The translations under genes and the position numbers were made by a program. From contig JAXLNO010004283.1 in the NCBI GenBank assembly GCA_038087875.1, forward strand, positions 1-64,000: a stretch of DNA of 64,000 nt, written 5' to 3'. The notes below the pieces were generated by a model, which did not search any database, was not told where the DNA came from, and saw only the letters and a program-made list of their open reading frames with translations. The DNA is from Malacoraja senta (lineage: Eukaryota). Positions 1-13,900 of this stretch are shown one piece after another (the first letter of the stretch is position 1; each line of letters begins with the position of its first letter).

Positions 1-384
1 GAGGTTTAGTTAAGTTGAGGTGGGGTTAAGGTGTGAGGTGAGGTGCGAGGTTTATTGAGGGGTGAGGTTTAGTGAGGTACGGTTTAGTTGAGGTGAGGTT
101 TTAGGTGTGAGGAGAAGTTTGGTGGTGAGGTATCGTCGAGGCGAGGGGTTTAATGAGGCGAGGTATTAGTCGAGGTGTAGGTGAGGGGAAGAGAAGTGGG
201 TGTCTGAGCTCGGGAAGGGAGACCGAGGTGCTGCAGAAGGAGACGGGACCACTGCCTTTCTGTAGCATAAAATTCCACAAATTCACGACTCTGAGTGAAA
301 AAGTTTTTTCTCATCTCAGTGCTAGGCAAAGAGACATTTCCGGTAACATATTTTTTGTAAAGATTTTTTTAGCTGTATGAGGCC

Positions 385-760
385 ATTTATTGAAACATAT
401 AAGATTATTAAGGGGTTGGACACACTAGAGACAGGAAACATGTTTCCAATGCTGAAAAGTGTCCAGCACCCAGGGGCCACAGTTTAAGATAAGGGGTAAG
501 CCATTTAGAAAGGAGACGAGGAAATACTTTTTCACACAGAGAGTTATGAATCTGTGGAATTCTCTGCCTCAGAAGGCGATGGAGACCAATTCTCTGGAGG
601 CTTTCGAGAGAGAGAAAGATAGAGCTCTTAAAGATAGCAGAGTCAAGGGATATGGGGAGAAGGCAGGAATGGGGTACTGATTGTGGATGATCAGCCATAA
701 TCAGAATGGCGGTGCTGGCTCGAAGGGCCGAATGCCGTTCTCGTATACCTATTGTCTAAT
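385..760 (+). mobile_element. CR1-type LINE 3' fragment
   Basis: KIRGKPFRKETRKYFFTQRVMNLWNSLP motif followed by the family 3'UTR. Confidence 0.85.
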
Positions 761-1649
761 TATCTATTTCATGAAATATATATCTTTTGAGGGTTATTTT
801 ACTGCTTATGTTAGAAAAATTCTAAGCTTCTGTTATGTAAACTATCAGCAGAAGGCTTGAGAGTCACTTTCATTTATTGAAAATGCAGGACCCCCCACCG
901 GGGCTCTGCCCCTGGAACCCTAGCCAGCCTCCTGGACCCCCGGCCAATACTTCCTACTTTTTTTCTGGAGGCGAATATCATGCTTAGTCCACATTGCTTA
1001 AACAATTTGGGTCTGCTGTATGAGAAAGTTGTTTTTTAAATCATAATTTTAATAATATAGTGTAATTCAATACAAATAATTGTTCAAATTAAAATTAAAA
1101 GGTTATTAAAGTATCATGTAGGCTAACTGTCAATGAAAAAACGTTCAAATTTAGGATGTTTCATTCTAAACATATTTAATATAAAATAATTATAAGTAAT
1201 TTAAAACACTATTAACATTTATGACAAATTAAAATGTGTGGTGACCTGTCGAGGAACAACCCCATTGAAGAAGATAACAGTGATTACCCAGACCTCGTTG
1301 CTGGTTGTGAAGGGCACCCCATTAACAGTTCAAGTTTCAGGGCCACAAAAATGTAGGTCCGCTACTTGGGGGGGGGGGGGGGGGGGGTTGTAAATTCCAG
1401 AGGTACAAAAGAGGTACAAAAGAGGTAAATTCCCTCGGAGAATAATAGGGTTTTCAATTTATTTAAAAAGATTCCAGATTAGGAGAAAAGAAGTTAGACC
1501 GGACCGTGATGTCGCTGCACCTACGTGTGTTGAGCAGACCAGCAAACAGCGCAGCACGTTATTTTTGACTGTGCTGTCCTCCGCCCCCCGGTGGAGGGTA
1601 GACCACATGGCCCTGACAACAGCACATTGAACTGGAAGGCGTTACATAA

Positions 1650-2230
1650 CGTCTGCTGCCTCAAACGCAAGAAGCTGCACCAGCCCTGGTTCGTATAAAA
1701 GCATATTCCGCAGCCTCTTGATTTGCCCGCTGCCTCCGCTTCGCTCTGTGTAGTTGAAAGCCAGCCAGTTGCAGCGCATTGTCCGGGGTCGACTCACACA
1801 GCCAGGTCTCATGAAGCAAAGGGCAGCGGCTTGAGAGAAGTCCTTGTTTGTTTGGCACAGGAGTTGCAGTTCGTGCACTTTGTTGTTGAGAGAAGGGAGA
1901 TTTGCAAGGAATATACCCGAGGGTGGTGTCGCCGGAGTCGGGCGAGTGCTCCAGAGCGCTGCCCACGGGTCCTCCTCCGTCTCAAGACCTTGGACACAGC
2001 CACAGCCCCGCCGACCAGTATGTCCAAATAACCCAGCGAGTGAGAGAAATCCGGAACGATGTTTGGAGGTACCGAATATCTGATGGTAATGAGTACCTCT
2101 CTCATGAAAGTGATCTTTGTGGGATGTACACAGACGACAGAAAGGAACAAACACAGACAAAACAGCAAGGAGGAGCACACCGTGGTAGCCACCGTCGGCG
2201 CCACAAGAAGATGCTCGGGGCTCCGGAATC
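1650..2230 (-). mobile_element. Rex1/Babar-like LINE, 5'/endonuclease fragment
   Basis: IFLANLPSLNNKVHELQLLCQTNKDFSQAAALCF and ETWLCESTPDNALQLAGFQLHRAKR: APE-endonuclease N-terminus typical of this group. Confidence 0.7.
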
Positions 2231-3989
2231 GTGGGCTCTATGCCTGTGGGGGTGGCTCTGTGCCGGGTTGTATCAGGGAAGAGACTCTGGATGATGGATC
2301 TGTGTCCGGGGTGCTGGGCTCCGTGAGAGGGTGTTCGTGTCCCGGGGCTCAGTGGCCTGTGTTCGGGGAAGGAGGGGGGATGCTTGCGGCAGGGACGGGG
2401 GCTCCGCGTCTGGAGTGAAGGGGAGGGTGGACTCCCCATTAGGGGCACGAGGGGGCGCTGTCGGTGACCGGTGTCCGGAGCGGGGGTTCTGTGTCGGGGA
2501 GGAGGCGTGGGCTATCGTCGGAGAGCTATGTCTCGGAGGTTGGGAAACGGGCGGAGTGTTGGCGTCCGGAGTGGGGGCGGCATTGTCCGGGATGGGGGGC
2601 TCTCTGTCTGCGGGGGGAAGGAGGCTGTGTCCGGGGGGTGGGCGGCCCGGATCTCTAGTCCAAGAGGGGTTGAGTGGGGTTGGGGACCTGGGTTCCCTAT
2701 CTGGTGTTGGACTCAGTGTATCTGATGCGTCCCGATGTCCGGGTAACAGGGTTGCGCGTCGGGGTGGGGGGGGGGGTCAAGGGGAAGGCGAGTTGCGGGG
2801 TTTGTGTCTGGGTCGTGGGGGTCTGAGGTCGCCACGTCCGGGGGACGGACAAGGAATGGCAGTTCGTGTCGGGGGCGTGTGACGGGCGGATCGGAGAGTG
2901 GCGGTGATAGTTGTTTTAAAGAAAAATGACATTTGGACAAGTACATGGATGGATGGAGCAGATTTAGAGGGATATGGGACAAGCGCGGGCATGTGGGACT
3001 AGTGTAGATGTTGGTCGCCTTGGGAAATATGGCCGAGAGGCCTGTTTCCACTCTGTATGACTGGATGCTTTTCTAACAAAGAACATAACTTAATCCTGAG
3101 GTAATTGGACAGGGAAACCACAAACGGGCCGGCGTTGTGAGGGTGGGAGTTTTCAGTGTGACGTGGGGTCAGCTGGTAACTTGGGCAGGGGCGGGGGAAG
3201 TGAGTCCCGGTCAGTGCGAGCTGAAGCGCTTTGAGAGGAGCAGTAAGGGGCGGCCACACGCGGTGAATGGAGGGGTCCGGGGAGTATTGCGGAACGTGGA
3301 GAGCTCGGGGTTACTCCATGAAGATGCAGCGCTGCTCGACAAGACGGTGATGTCCCTGACCCTGGCACACACGGTGTTCATTCACCCTCACCGGCCGCGG
3401 CGAGGGCAGCAGGAGCCGGGAGACCGCTGGGAATGTGAGCGAAACACAGAGTGCTGGAGCAACTCAGCGGGTCAGGCAGCGTCTGTGGAGGGAATGGATA
3501 GGCGAGGATCCGGGTGGATTCAGTCTGATGAAGGGAGGGGTGGGTGAAGCTGAGAGAACCTGCCTCAGGGTAAGCGGCAGGGAACTGATGAGGGGAGCAG
3601 AGAAACGGCCGCGCCGTTAAACCAGTCCGCTGTAGCCGAGTTCGCAGAAGAGGTGACCGGCACTAATTTAGATTAATTCGTTTATTGTTGTCTCCGGCAC
3701 CGAGTCCAGTGAAACGTTTTTTTGTTACGTGCTATCCAATCAGCGGAACTATGATTGTAATCATAGCGTCCACAGTGTACAAATACAAAATAAACGGTCT
3801 AATGTTAAATGCAAAGATAAAGTCAGATTCATTGTTGTACGAGTGTCTCCAATGACGCACTGGAGAGCAGCGCTCTCTAGTTGGTGATAGTAAGTGAGTT
3901 TATTGCCAAGTATTCACATACAAGGAATTTGCCTTGGTGCTCCGCCCACAAGTAACAACATGACATAACCAGTGACAGTTACGAATGAC

Positions 3990-4450
3990 TCCGGAAAACA
4001 CTAAACATTAATAATAATAAATAATTAATGATAAAACACCATTGATCAAGCATGTGAACCAACAAAATACCAGATTAAAGGGAGGCTACAGATTTTTGGC
4101 TGTTGAGTAGAGCAACTACTCGTGGATAAAAACAGTTTTCATGTCTGGCTGTGGCAGCTTTGACAGTCCCGGAGTCGCCTTTCAGAGGGAAGTGATTCAA
4201 AGAGTTTGTGGCCAGGGTGAGAGCGGTCAGAGATGATCTTACCCACTCGCTTCCTGGCCCTTGCAGTGTACAGTTCATCAATGGAGGGAAGGTTGCAGCC
4301 AATAATCTTCTCTGCTGATGGGACGATTCGCTGCAGCCTCCAGGTGCCGTGCTTGGTGGCTGAGCCAAACCAGACCATGATGGAGAGGTGAGAACAGACT
4401 CTACGATGGCCGTGTAGAATTGGACCATCATTGCCTGTGGCAGATTGTGC
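3990..4450 (-). mobile_element. Rex1/Babar-like LINE 3' fragment
   Basis: FYTAIVESVLTS / VWFGSATK...LQRIVPSAEKIIGCNLPSIDELY...SHPGHKLFESLPS. Confidence 0.75.
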
Positions 4451-4875
4451 TTCCAGAATTGGTTACAGCGCAACGCAAGCCCACCCGTGTACCAGTAGTA
4501 CTGACCCAGCCCCCACACCGGGTATAAAACCCCCACTACCCCGGGAACACAGGACAGTACAGCACAACAGCCCTTCGGCCCACACTATCTGTGCCGACCA
4601 TGCTGCCAAGCTCACCTATCTGCCTGCGCATCACCCAACCCCTCTCTTTAATGCCACTGTCGTATCTGTGTCGCCCACCATCCCATCAATTATTAGGAAT
4701 AACACAAACCCCTTCTCGGGAATAACCTCAATCCCCCCCCCCCCCGGAAGTACCCTCCACTTACCCTTACGGGATATAATCCCCCCTAAACACACACACC
4801 GTAACAAACCCCAGCCCCCCCCTCTCTCACACCCCTCCCCACCCCCACCGCTTAAGGCTGGGCGCGGTTCCTACC

Positions 4876-4922
4876 TCAGGCTGTATCAGAGGAGTTTGAT
4901 GAATGTTCCCCTCGCTCCCAGG
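4876..4922 (-). CDS. UAA: MHC class I exon 7 (cytoplasmic [15 protein letters not shown]-stop)
   Basis: TTCCCTTCGCAG acceptor, Ser-rich tail, TGA at 4876-4878 followed 1 nt later by a donor (G|GTAGGA), implying a separate 3'UTR exon that I did not map. Confidence 0.82.
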
Positions 4923-7900
4923 CTGCGAAGGGAAGGAGCGGCTTTACACGTCAGCTGGCATCGCAGTGGGTGCAGTGAGACGCGGACTGCCGAACGAGCG
5001 CACACGCGAGCACGGGGACATGCACAGAGGTACGAGGACTCGCACGGACACGGGGACGGTTGTGGGGACGCGGGCAGACTGCCACATGGCAGAAACATGC
5101 GCTGATCCGCACAGGGACACATGGACACGCGCACACGGACGCGCGCAGGGTGCACACGGACGCGCGCAGGGACACACGGACGCGCGTAGAGCGCACACGG
5201 ACCCACACACGGACCCAACACATGGACGCATGAGGAGCGCACACGGACGCGCGCAAGGACGCGCGTCGAGCGCACACCGACCCGCGTAGAGCGCACACGG
5301 ACCCGCACAGGGACGCGCGCAGAGCGCACACGGACGCGCGTAGAGCGCACACGGATTCGCACAGGGACGCGCATAGAGCGCACACGGACGCAGCTTGGTT
5401 CCCTCCACCAGACACATTAACAATTTGCAACAAGGATCGAACTGTGAATTGAGGCGAACTTACATAGGGTGGGATTGTAGCCGCTGGTCCCCGCTGTAAA
5501 ACACAGAGACAGTTGGTGACTGACGAGGCCCCGCATCAGCTTGGTCTAAACACACAGATTCTGCAGCTGCCCCGTGTGGAGAGGCGGGGGGGGGGGGGGT
5601 AGAGGAGGTGGTGGGGGGGGGTAGAGGAGGTGGTGGAGGGGGGGGGGGGGTAGAGAGACGGTGGGGGGTGCGGGTGGAGAGGCGGGGGAGTGGAGAGAGA
5701 CGGGGGGGGGGGGGGGGGGTGGAGCGGCGGGGTGGGGGGGTGGGAGAGACGGGGTGGGGGGTGGAAAGGCGGGGTGGGGGGTGGAGAGGCGGGGGGAGGG
5801 ACGAGAGGCTGAGGGGGCGGGTCGAGAGACGGGGGTCGTGGAGGTAGGTTGGGGTGGGGGGTGGGGGCGGGGGCCAGGGTTGGCTGCCCTGTCTCCGCCC
5901 ACAACTACCTTGTCTCTTCTTCCAGTAGAGGACTCCCCCCACGGCCACTGCCACCACCGCCACGACAACGAGCACGGCAATGAGCGGCACCTTGATGCTG
6001 GGCTTGCGGACTGTCCGAGATTCAGAGACAGACGGCGGGTGAGTTACAGAGAGCGGGTTCGCGGCTGCCCCTCCCCTACCCCCTATTATCTAACCCTCCC
6101 GTCTCACTCACCCCTCCCCTTCTCACTTCCTCCACTCTCCCTCCCCTGCCGCACCAACATCTCACCCCACCTCCCCTCTCAGCCGCCCATCCCCTCACCT
6201 GTCCCTCCTCTCTTCACTCCCCTTCTCACCCTCCACTCACCTATCACTCCACTCTCACCTCCAACTCTCATCAACCCTTCCCTCACCCCTCCCATCTCCC
6301 TACCCTTCTCGACTCCCAGCCCGTGTCACCCCCCCTGGATGAGGGGCGATTTTATAGAAACATATATAATTATTAAAGGATTGGACAAGCTAGATGCAGG
6401 AAAAATGTTCCTAATGTTGGGCGAGTCCAGAACCAGGGGCCACAGTCTTAGAATAAAGGGGAGGTCATTAAGACTGAGGTGAGAAAAAACTTTTTCACCC
6501 AGAGAGTTGTGAATTTATGGAATTCCCTGCCACAGATGGCAGTGGAGGCCAAGTCACGGGATGGATTTAAGAGAGAGTTAGATAGAGCTCTAGTGGCTAG
6601 TGGAGTGAAGGGATATGGGGAGAAGGCAGGCACGGGTTATTGATAGGGGACGATCAGCCATGATCACAATGAATTGCGGTGCTGGCTCGAAGGGCCGAAT
6701 GGTCTCCTCCTGCACCTATTTTCTATGTTTCTATGTTTCTTCCCTCCAACCGCCCGCATCCCTCTCCCCTCCCCCTCACCCCAACCCACTTACCCAGGAC
6801 GACCTCGAGGGTCTCGGACAGCCCCGGGTGCTCCACACGGCAGGAGAGCGGGGTCCGGTCCCCAGGCTCCACGTCGACCCAGCGGCGCTGCTGGTAGGTG
6901 CCGTCGTGGTTGGGCAGCGTCCCGTGGGAGCGGCTCTCATCCAGGACCAAGCCGTCCCGCACCAGGTTCACCTCGATGGAGCGCGGGTAGAAGCCCGTGG
7001 TGAAACACGACACGCGGCGGCCATCGGCCGACAGGAAGATGCTCACCTCGGGCTGAACTGTGGGGAGAGTGACAGTGAGGGGGGGGGGGGACAGTGAGGG
7101 GGAGGACAAAATACAATGGGGGGGGGGACGGCGAGAGTGGAGGGTGCGGGAGCCAGAGAGGGAGAGGGGGGAAGGGACAACGAGGGCAGACAGAGGAAGG
7201 GGGAGATACAGCGGGGGGACAGAGTGAATGATACAGAGGGGAGAAACAGACAGAGGGGGAGACACGATAAGATGTGGGACAGAGGGAGGCGGGGATGAGA
7301 AAGTGCGGGGAGACAGGGAGAGGGGGAAGGGAGAGGGTGGGGAGACAGACAGAGGAGGGGGAGAGGCGGACAATGGGGGAGACAGTGAGGGGGAGACAAA
7401 GGTCGGGGGAGAGAGAGGGAGACACATAGTGGGGGGAGACAGGCGGGGGAGAACAAACAGAGGGGAGAGAGTGAGGGGGAGACAGAGGGGGGACGGATAG
7501 GGTGTGAGACAGAGGGGGAAACATGGGGGTTGAAACAGTGGGGAGAGACGGAGGTGGTAGACAGAAGGGGGTAGAGAGAATGATGCGATTGAGGGGGGAG
7601 TGATGGAGGGGGAGAGAGAAAGGGGAGGGAGAGAGAGGGGGACGGATAGAGAAAGGGGAGGAGAGAGATGGAGGAGAGCGGTAGGGGCTGGTGGAGGGAA
7701 GGGGGAGAAAGGAGGGGAGAGACAGACAGGGGGAGAGACACACAGAGGGAGGGCAGACGGAAGGGGGGATACAGACAAGCAGGGGGGCGGGAGAGAGGGG
7801 GAGAGACAGGCAGGGGGGGTAGAGACAGGGGGAAGACAGAGGTAGACAGTGTGAGATGGGTGACAGAGAGAGGATGGTGTAGAGGGGGGGGATAGGGGGG

Positions 7901-10900
7901 GCAAAGGGGGGGGCAGAGAGAAGGTGCCACACGTGGAACTGCTAAGGAAGATGAGACCCAAAGGGCAGACACTAGCATGGATAGCAGGTTGGCTGGATGG
8001 CAGAAGGCAATGAGAGGCAATAAAGGGGCCTTTTTCTGGCTGGCTGCCAGTGACAAGTGGAGTTCCGCAAGGGTCGGTGCTGGGGCCGCTACTCTTCACG
8101 TTGTATATTAATGACTTGGATGAGGGGATTGGGGGAGGACGAGTGTGAGTGTGGGGGGGGGCGCTGAGAGGGAGAGAAAAGGTAAGAGACAGAGAGAGGG
8201 AGGAGAGACAGAGAGGGAGGGGAGACAGAGAGGGAGCGGGGAAAGAGTGGGGAGACGGAGAGAGTGGGGGACACAGAGGGGGGGGGTGCACAGAGGGGTT
8301 GACACACAACGGGGGCAGAGAGGAGGGGGGGAACACAGACCGGGGTGGGGTATTGAAGGGGGGCGGCAGGGGAGATACAGAATGGGAGGCAGAGAAGGTG
8401 GGGAAAAGAAGGGGGCAGAGAAGGAGGAAGCGAAAGGGGGGGGGCAGAGAATGGCGACAGAGAAGGAGAACACGAGAAGGGGACACGGAGTAGGATGAAC
8501 ACAGAGTAGGGGGACATGGAGGAGGGGGCACAGAGGGGGGTAGATGGGGCAGAGAGCGCGGGGGGGACACAGATGGGGGGATCACGCAGAGGGGCACAGA
8601 GGAGGGGGAGCACAGTGAGGGCGGGGACTGAGAGGGGGAACACAGAGGGTGGGTGGCGGGGCACAGAGATGGGGGGGGGGGGGGAAGCAACAGCACTGAC
8701 CCACTCACCGGGGCTGAGTTGACTCTGTCCGGCCTGGACATATTTCCGCAGCCACTCGATGCACGTCTCCTCCAGGTAGGCTTTGTCCTGTTGGAGCCCC
8801 CCTTGTCCGTTCCCACTTGTATTTGGTGATTAACCCCCAGGTGACGGGCGTCACCCACACCATGTGGTCCTTGTCGTAGCTGATGAAGTCCTCTCCGTCC
8901 CAGCCGAACTGGTAAAATCCGGCGGTGGAGCCGTCCGAGCGCAGCTCACACCCGCACATCATCTGGGCAGTGTGGATCCCTGCAACACACGGCCAGCAGT
9001 GGAGGGGCTTTCCGCATCACCACCCCCCCCCCCAACATACATACACACAGACGCGTGGGTCTCTCCCCCCCCCACACACACATACATACACACAGACGCG
9101 TGGTCTCTCCCCCCCCCACACACACACACACACACACACGTGGTCAACCCCACCTTCCCAACCCCAACATCACAAATTCGACCCCAAACCACAGTACGCG
9201 CCCCCCCCTCCCCCCTCCCCCCTCCCCCCTCCCCCCTTCCCCCTCCCGCCCAACGCACTCACCCACGGTCCGGTTGGTCCGCTTCTGCAGGATCTGGACG
9301 TTGGCCTTGATTACCGGCTCCCAGCCCCGCCGTTTCTGTGTCTCCCGCTCCCAGTATTCGGGGCCCTGACTCTCCGCCATCCACCGCTGCCGCGGCACCT
9401 TTACCCGGGTCACGCTGTCGTAGTAATCAATCTGCTCCTCGTCCACGTATCCCACCGCCGTGAACTCAGGGACCCCCAGCCCGGGGTCACCCCCGTGTAG
9501 AGGTAACGGAGCGAGTGGGAGCCTGGAACCGGGCGGGGAGTCAAACAGTGCGAGAGACACCCCAACCCCACCTTCCACACACCCCCACCCCACACACTCC
9601 CTCCACCCTCAAGGCATCCCGCCCCCATCCCAACCCGCACCTGAGAGAGACACGTACCCGCACCCACTCCTAACCCTCCCCGTCTCGCCCCCGCCCACCC
9701 CCGTCCCGGGGACACACGTACCCTCACCCACACCACCCCCTCCTCCCGAGGCACCCTGCCTCAGACCCTCCCCCACATCACAAATTCGACCCCAAAACCC
9801 CAGAAACAGTAGGGTGGGGAGGAAGGGGGGGGGCAGAGACAGACAGCGCAGGGTGTGGGCGGAGAGACGGGGACTATCGTTGACGAGGGGGGTGGTAGAC
9901 ATGGATCATCAATGGATGGAGGGAGGGGGGGGGGAGGATAAGAGAGGCACCGACCGGTAGTGGAGGGGAGGACTCGAGTAGGGGACAAGGCTATGTATGA
10001 AACATCATTGGCAAGTCAGATTAAAGAAAATGCCAAGCCATTTCATGCGTAGATTAAAAAGAATAGGGTGATCAAGGAGAAGGTCGGACAGGGCAAGGAT
10101 AAAGGAGGGCGAGGTACTAAGCGAGCACTTTGCATCTGTTTTCACCATGGAGAAGGACATGGAGGACAGCAGGCTCAGCGTGGGGAATATTAGTTTGCTG
10201 AGGCAGTCTGAGACCAAGGAGTAGGTGGTGTATCGTGTACGGGTTCTTGAAGCGCATGAACATGGATATCTCACCAGGGTCTGATGGCATCTAACCACGG
10301 TGTTTGGCTTTGACAAAAAAGAAGATTGCAACCGCCTTGATGAAGAAACTTGAATCTTCTCAATCTGCAGACAAGGCCAATGTTTTCCTTTGTTTGAGAA
10401 ATTAAGTAGAGAGGGTGGTGGCAGTGTGGCTCAGCTGTAGAGCTACTGCCTGACAGCGCAAGAGACTCGAGTTCGATCCTGATTACGGGTGCTGTCTGTA
10501 CGGAGTTTGTACATTCTCCTCGTGAACTGCATGGGTTATATCTGAGATCTTCGGTTTTCTCCAAAGGTGTACAGGTTTATAGATTAATTGGCCTGGTGCA
10601 AAAATGTAAAATTGTCTCAAGTGTGTATAGGATAGTGTTAATGTGCGGGGAATGTTGGGCGGTGCGACTTCGGTGGGCCGAAGGGCCTGTTTACGCGCCG
10701 TATCTATAAACTAATCTAAAAAAAGCGAAAGTAGAGATAATCTGGGGAATTAGAGGGTTCGTGGGGTTCAAATCCAATCTCCTTGAAAGTGGTAACACAA
10801 GTACACAGAGTGGTAAAGGCGGCACATGGTATGATTGCGTTCATCGGTCAAGGCATTGAGTACAAGAGTCAGGAAGTCATGTTGCAGCTTCATACCACAT

Positions 10901-13900
10901 TGATTAGGCTGCATTTGGAGTATTGCGTGCAGTTCTGGACATCCCATTAAAGGAAGGATGTGGAGGCTTTGAAGAGGGTGCTGAAACTGTTTACTTTAAT
11001 ACTGCCTGGATTAGAGGGTATTAACTATACGGAGAGTTTGGACAAACTAGGATTGTTGGGGTTGAGGGGAGACCTGATAGAGGTATATACATTTTGAGAG
11101 GCGTATAAAGGGTAGACAGTTTGAACCTTTATCCAGGGTCGAAATGTCAAAGGCGAGAGGGCATACATTTAAGGTGAGAGGGGCAAAAATGTAAAGGAGA
11201 TGTGCCTGCTATTATTTCCACAGAGATGGTGTCGGTGGTGGAGGCCAATAATGCAGTGTGTATAAAAGGCTTGTGAATGGGCACATTGATATGTGGGAAA
11301 TGGATCACGTGCTGGCATGAGTTATTAGTCTAACTTGATATCTGTGGACCAAAGGGCCTTTTTCTGTGCCGGACTTTTGTACGTCGCATGGTACACCACT
11401 TGTTACAGACCTTCAGTCTGAAATACCTCATGCCACCACCACCCTATATTGCCTACCGACAAGCCAACATTGTACCCATGAGGGGAATATCCAGGCTAGG
11501 AGAATCAAGAACCAGAGAGCATAGGTTTAAGATGAGAGGGGGCAAGATTGAATAGGAACTTGAGGGGCAACGTTTTCATTCAATGGGTGATGGGTGTTTT
11601 GAACGAGCTGCCAGAGGCCTGATAAAACCTGTCCTCACCCTCAACAACTTTCACTTCTCTCACTTTCTTCTAGTTAAAGGTGTAGCCAAGCACTCGCATG
11701 GACCCCATCAATTTAATTAACTTTACCACTAACCCACCCTACACTCAAATTCACCTGGACTATCTCTGATGCCGCTCTCCCCTTTTTTGATCTCTCTTGT
11801 CTCTAACACAGGGGACAGATTATCGACTAACATCTATTACAGATATTTTAATGCCACTGTTATCTGGATACACCTCCTCCCACTCTGGCTTTTGCAAAGA
11901 CGCTAATCCTCTGCCGAATTCAATGTCTCTGCCACATCTGCTCCCAAGATGAGACTTTCCATTCTCGGACATTCGAAATGTCCACTTTCTTTAGTAAATG
12001 TGTTTCCCCCTGCTGCCTCAGGTGGATCCCTCAGCCACGTCTCCTCTGTGTCCAATAGATATGCTTTCCACCTTCCAGAGACTGCTCCCTCTGCAATCCC
12101 TTGGTTCACTCATCCCTTCCCACACAAACCACCCCTTCCCCAGGTACCTTCCCCTGCAACGGTAGCAGATGCAACACCTGTCCCTATACCTCCGTTCTCA
12201 CCTCCATCCAGGGCACCAGCTGTCCTTCTGGGTGAGACAGTGTTTCATATGCACCTCCACCAACCTCATCTACTGCAAACGCTGTTCCCGATGTGGCCTC
12301 CTGTACATCAGCGAGACCAAGCGTAGACTCACCGATTGTTTCGCCAAACACTTGGGCTCGGTCTGTCAAGGCCTACGGGATCTCCCGGTTGCTAAACACT
12401 AAACTCCTATTCCCATTCCTACACTGATATTTCTGTTTAAGCCTCCTCCACTGCCAGAGCGAGGCTACATGAAAAGTGGAAGAACAGCACAAACATTGAA
12501 TTCTCACATTTTAGGTAACTAGTTCACCAATCCCCTCCCCCTTCTTTGCCCCTCCCCAGTGCCCCACCTAGGTGCATGGATAGGAAAGATATATAGGGAT
12601 TGCCAGGGCAAATGAGACTAGAGTAAATGGGGCATCTTGGTAGGCATGGACAAGTTGGGCAAAGGGCCTGTTTCCGTGCTATATGATTCTGTGACCTAAT
12701 CTACATTCCGCAGAATTCTAAATACTCTATAAGGTCTCCACCTCAGTCCCCCATGCTTGAGAAAAACAGCCCCAGCCTTTCCTTACAACACAAGCACTCT
12801 ATTCCTGTTGATAACCGCATGAATCTTTCTTGCATCTTTTCCAGCTTAATGACATTCTTCCTGTAGCTGGGTGACCAGAACTGCGCACAGTATTGGCAGT
12901 GCAGTCTCACCAACATCTTGTCGAGCTGTAACATGATGTCTCAACTCCTGTACTTAATGTCATGACGGATGAAGGTAAGAGTGCAATTTACCAACTTTGC
13001 CACATTGTCTCCCTGATTTGCTATTTTTAAGGAACTATTTGCCTGTACCCCATCTATTCTACAAAACTCTCCAGGGCCCTACAATTACTGTGTAAGTCTG
13101 AGGGTGACATCAATCAGAGGGTGGTGAATCTATGGAATTGGAGCCCAAGCCAATGGATATTTTATAAGATGGGGATTGAAAGGTTCTTGTAAGTACGGGT
13201 GTCAAGGGTTATGGGGAGAAGGCAGGAGAATGCGGTTGAGAGCGAAGATAGATCAACCATGATTGAACGGCAGAGACCTTTTGGGCCGAATGGCATAATT
13301 CTACTCATACATCTCATGAACGTATAAGTCCTACCCTATTTTTTTTTTTTACAAAATGTGACATAGATACATAGATACATAGAAAATAGGTGCAGGAGTA
13401 GGCCATTCGGCCCTTCGAGCCTGCACCGCCATTCAATATGATCATGGCTGATCATCCAACTCAGTATCCCGTACCTGCCTTCTCTCCATACCCCCTGATC
13501 CCTTTAGCCACAAGGGCCACATCTAACTCCCTCTTAAATATAGCCAATGAACTGGCCTCAACTACCCTCTGTGGCAGAGAGTTCCAGAGATTCACCACTC
13601 TCTGTGTGAAAAAGTTTTTCCTCATCTCGGTCTTAAAGGATTTCCCCCTTATCCTTAAGCTGTGACCCCTTGTCCTGGACTTTCCCAACATCGGGAACAA
13701 TCTTCCTGCATCTAGCCTGTCCAACCCCATAAGAATTTTGTACGTTTCTATAAGATCCCCTCTCAATCTCCTAAATTCTAGCGAGTATAAGCCAAGTCTA
13801 TCCAGTCTTTCTTCATATGAAAGTCCTGACATCCCAGGAATCAGTCTGGTGAACGTTCTCTGCACTCCCTCTATGGCTATAATATCCTCCCTCTATGGCT

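Noticed and set aside
2240-2900. GC-rich ORF-bearing stretch, possible LTR-retrotransposon gag or gene
   Set aside because: No recognisable domain, termini or TSD; ORFs are explained by low stop frequency.
3050-3660. Probable MHC 3'UTR exon
   Set aside because: A possible acceptor exists near 3631 but no convincing polyA signal; boundaries not supportable.
4886-5990. Cys/Arg/Pro-rich repetitive ORFs
   Set aside because: Translations of the intronic minisatellite and G-runs; only the small TM and cytoplasmic exons have splice support.
6723-8858. 711-aa Pro/Ser/Leu-rich ORF and overlapping ORFs
   Set aside because: Read-through of a stop-poor pyrimidine-rich intron; only the alpha3 exon (6794-7057) inside it is real coding sequence.
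8709-9522. Idea that the alpha1 and alpha2 frameshifts compensate (exon total 1026 nt is divisible by 3)
   Set aside because: The shifted alpha1 frame hits TGA at 9410, before the second shift.
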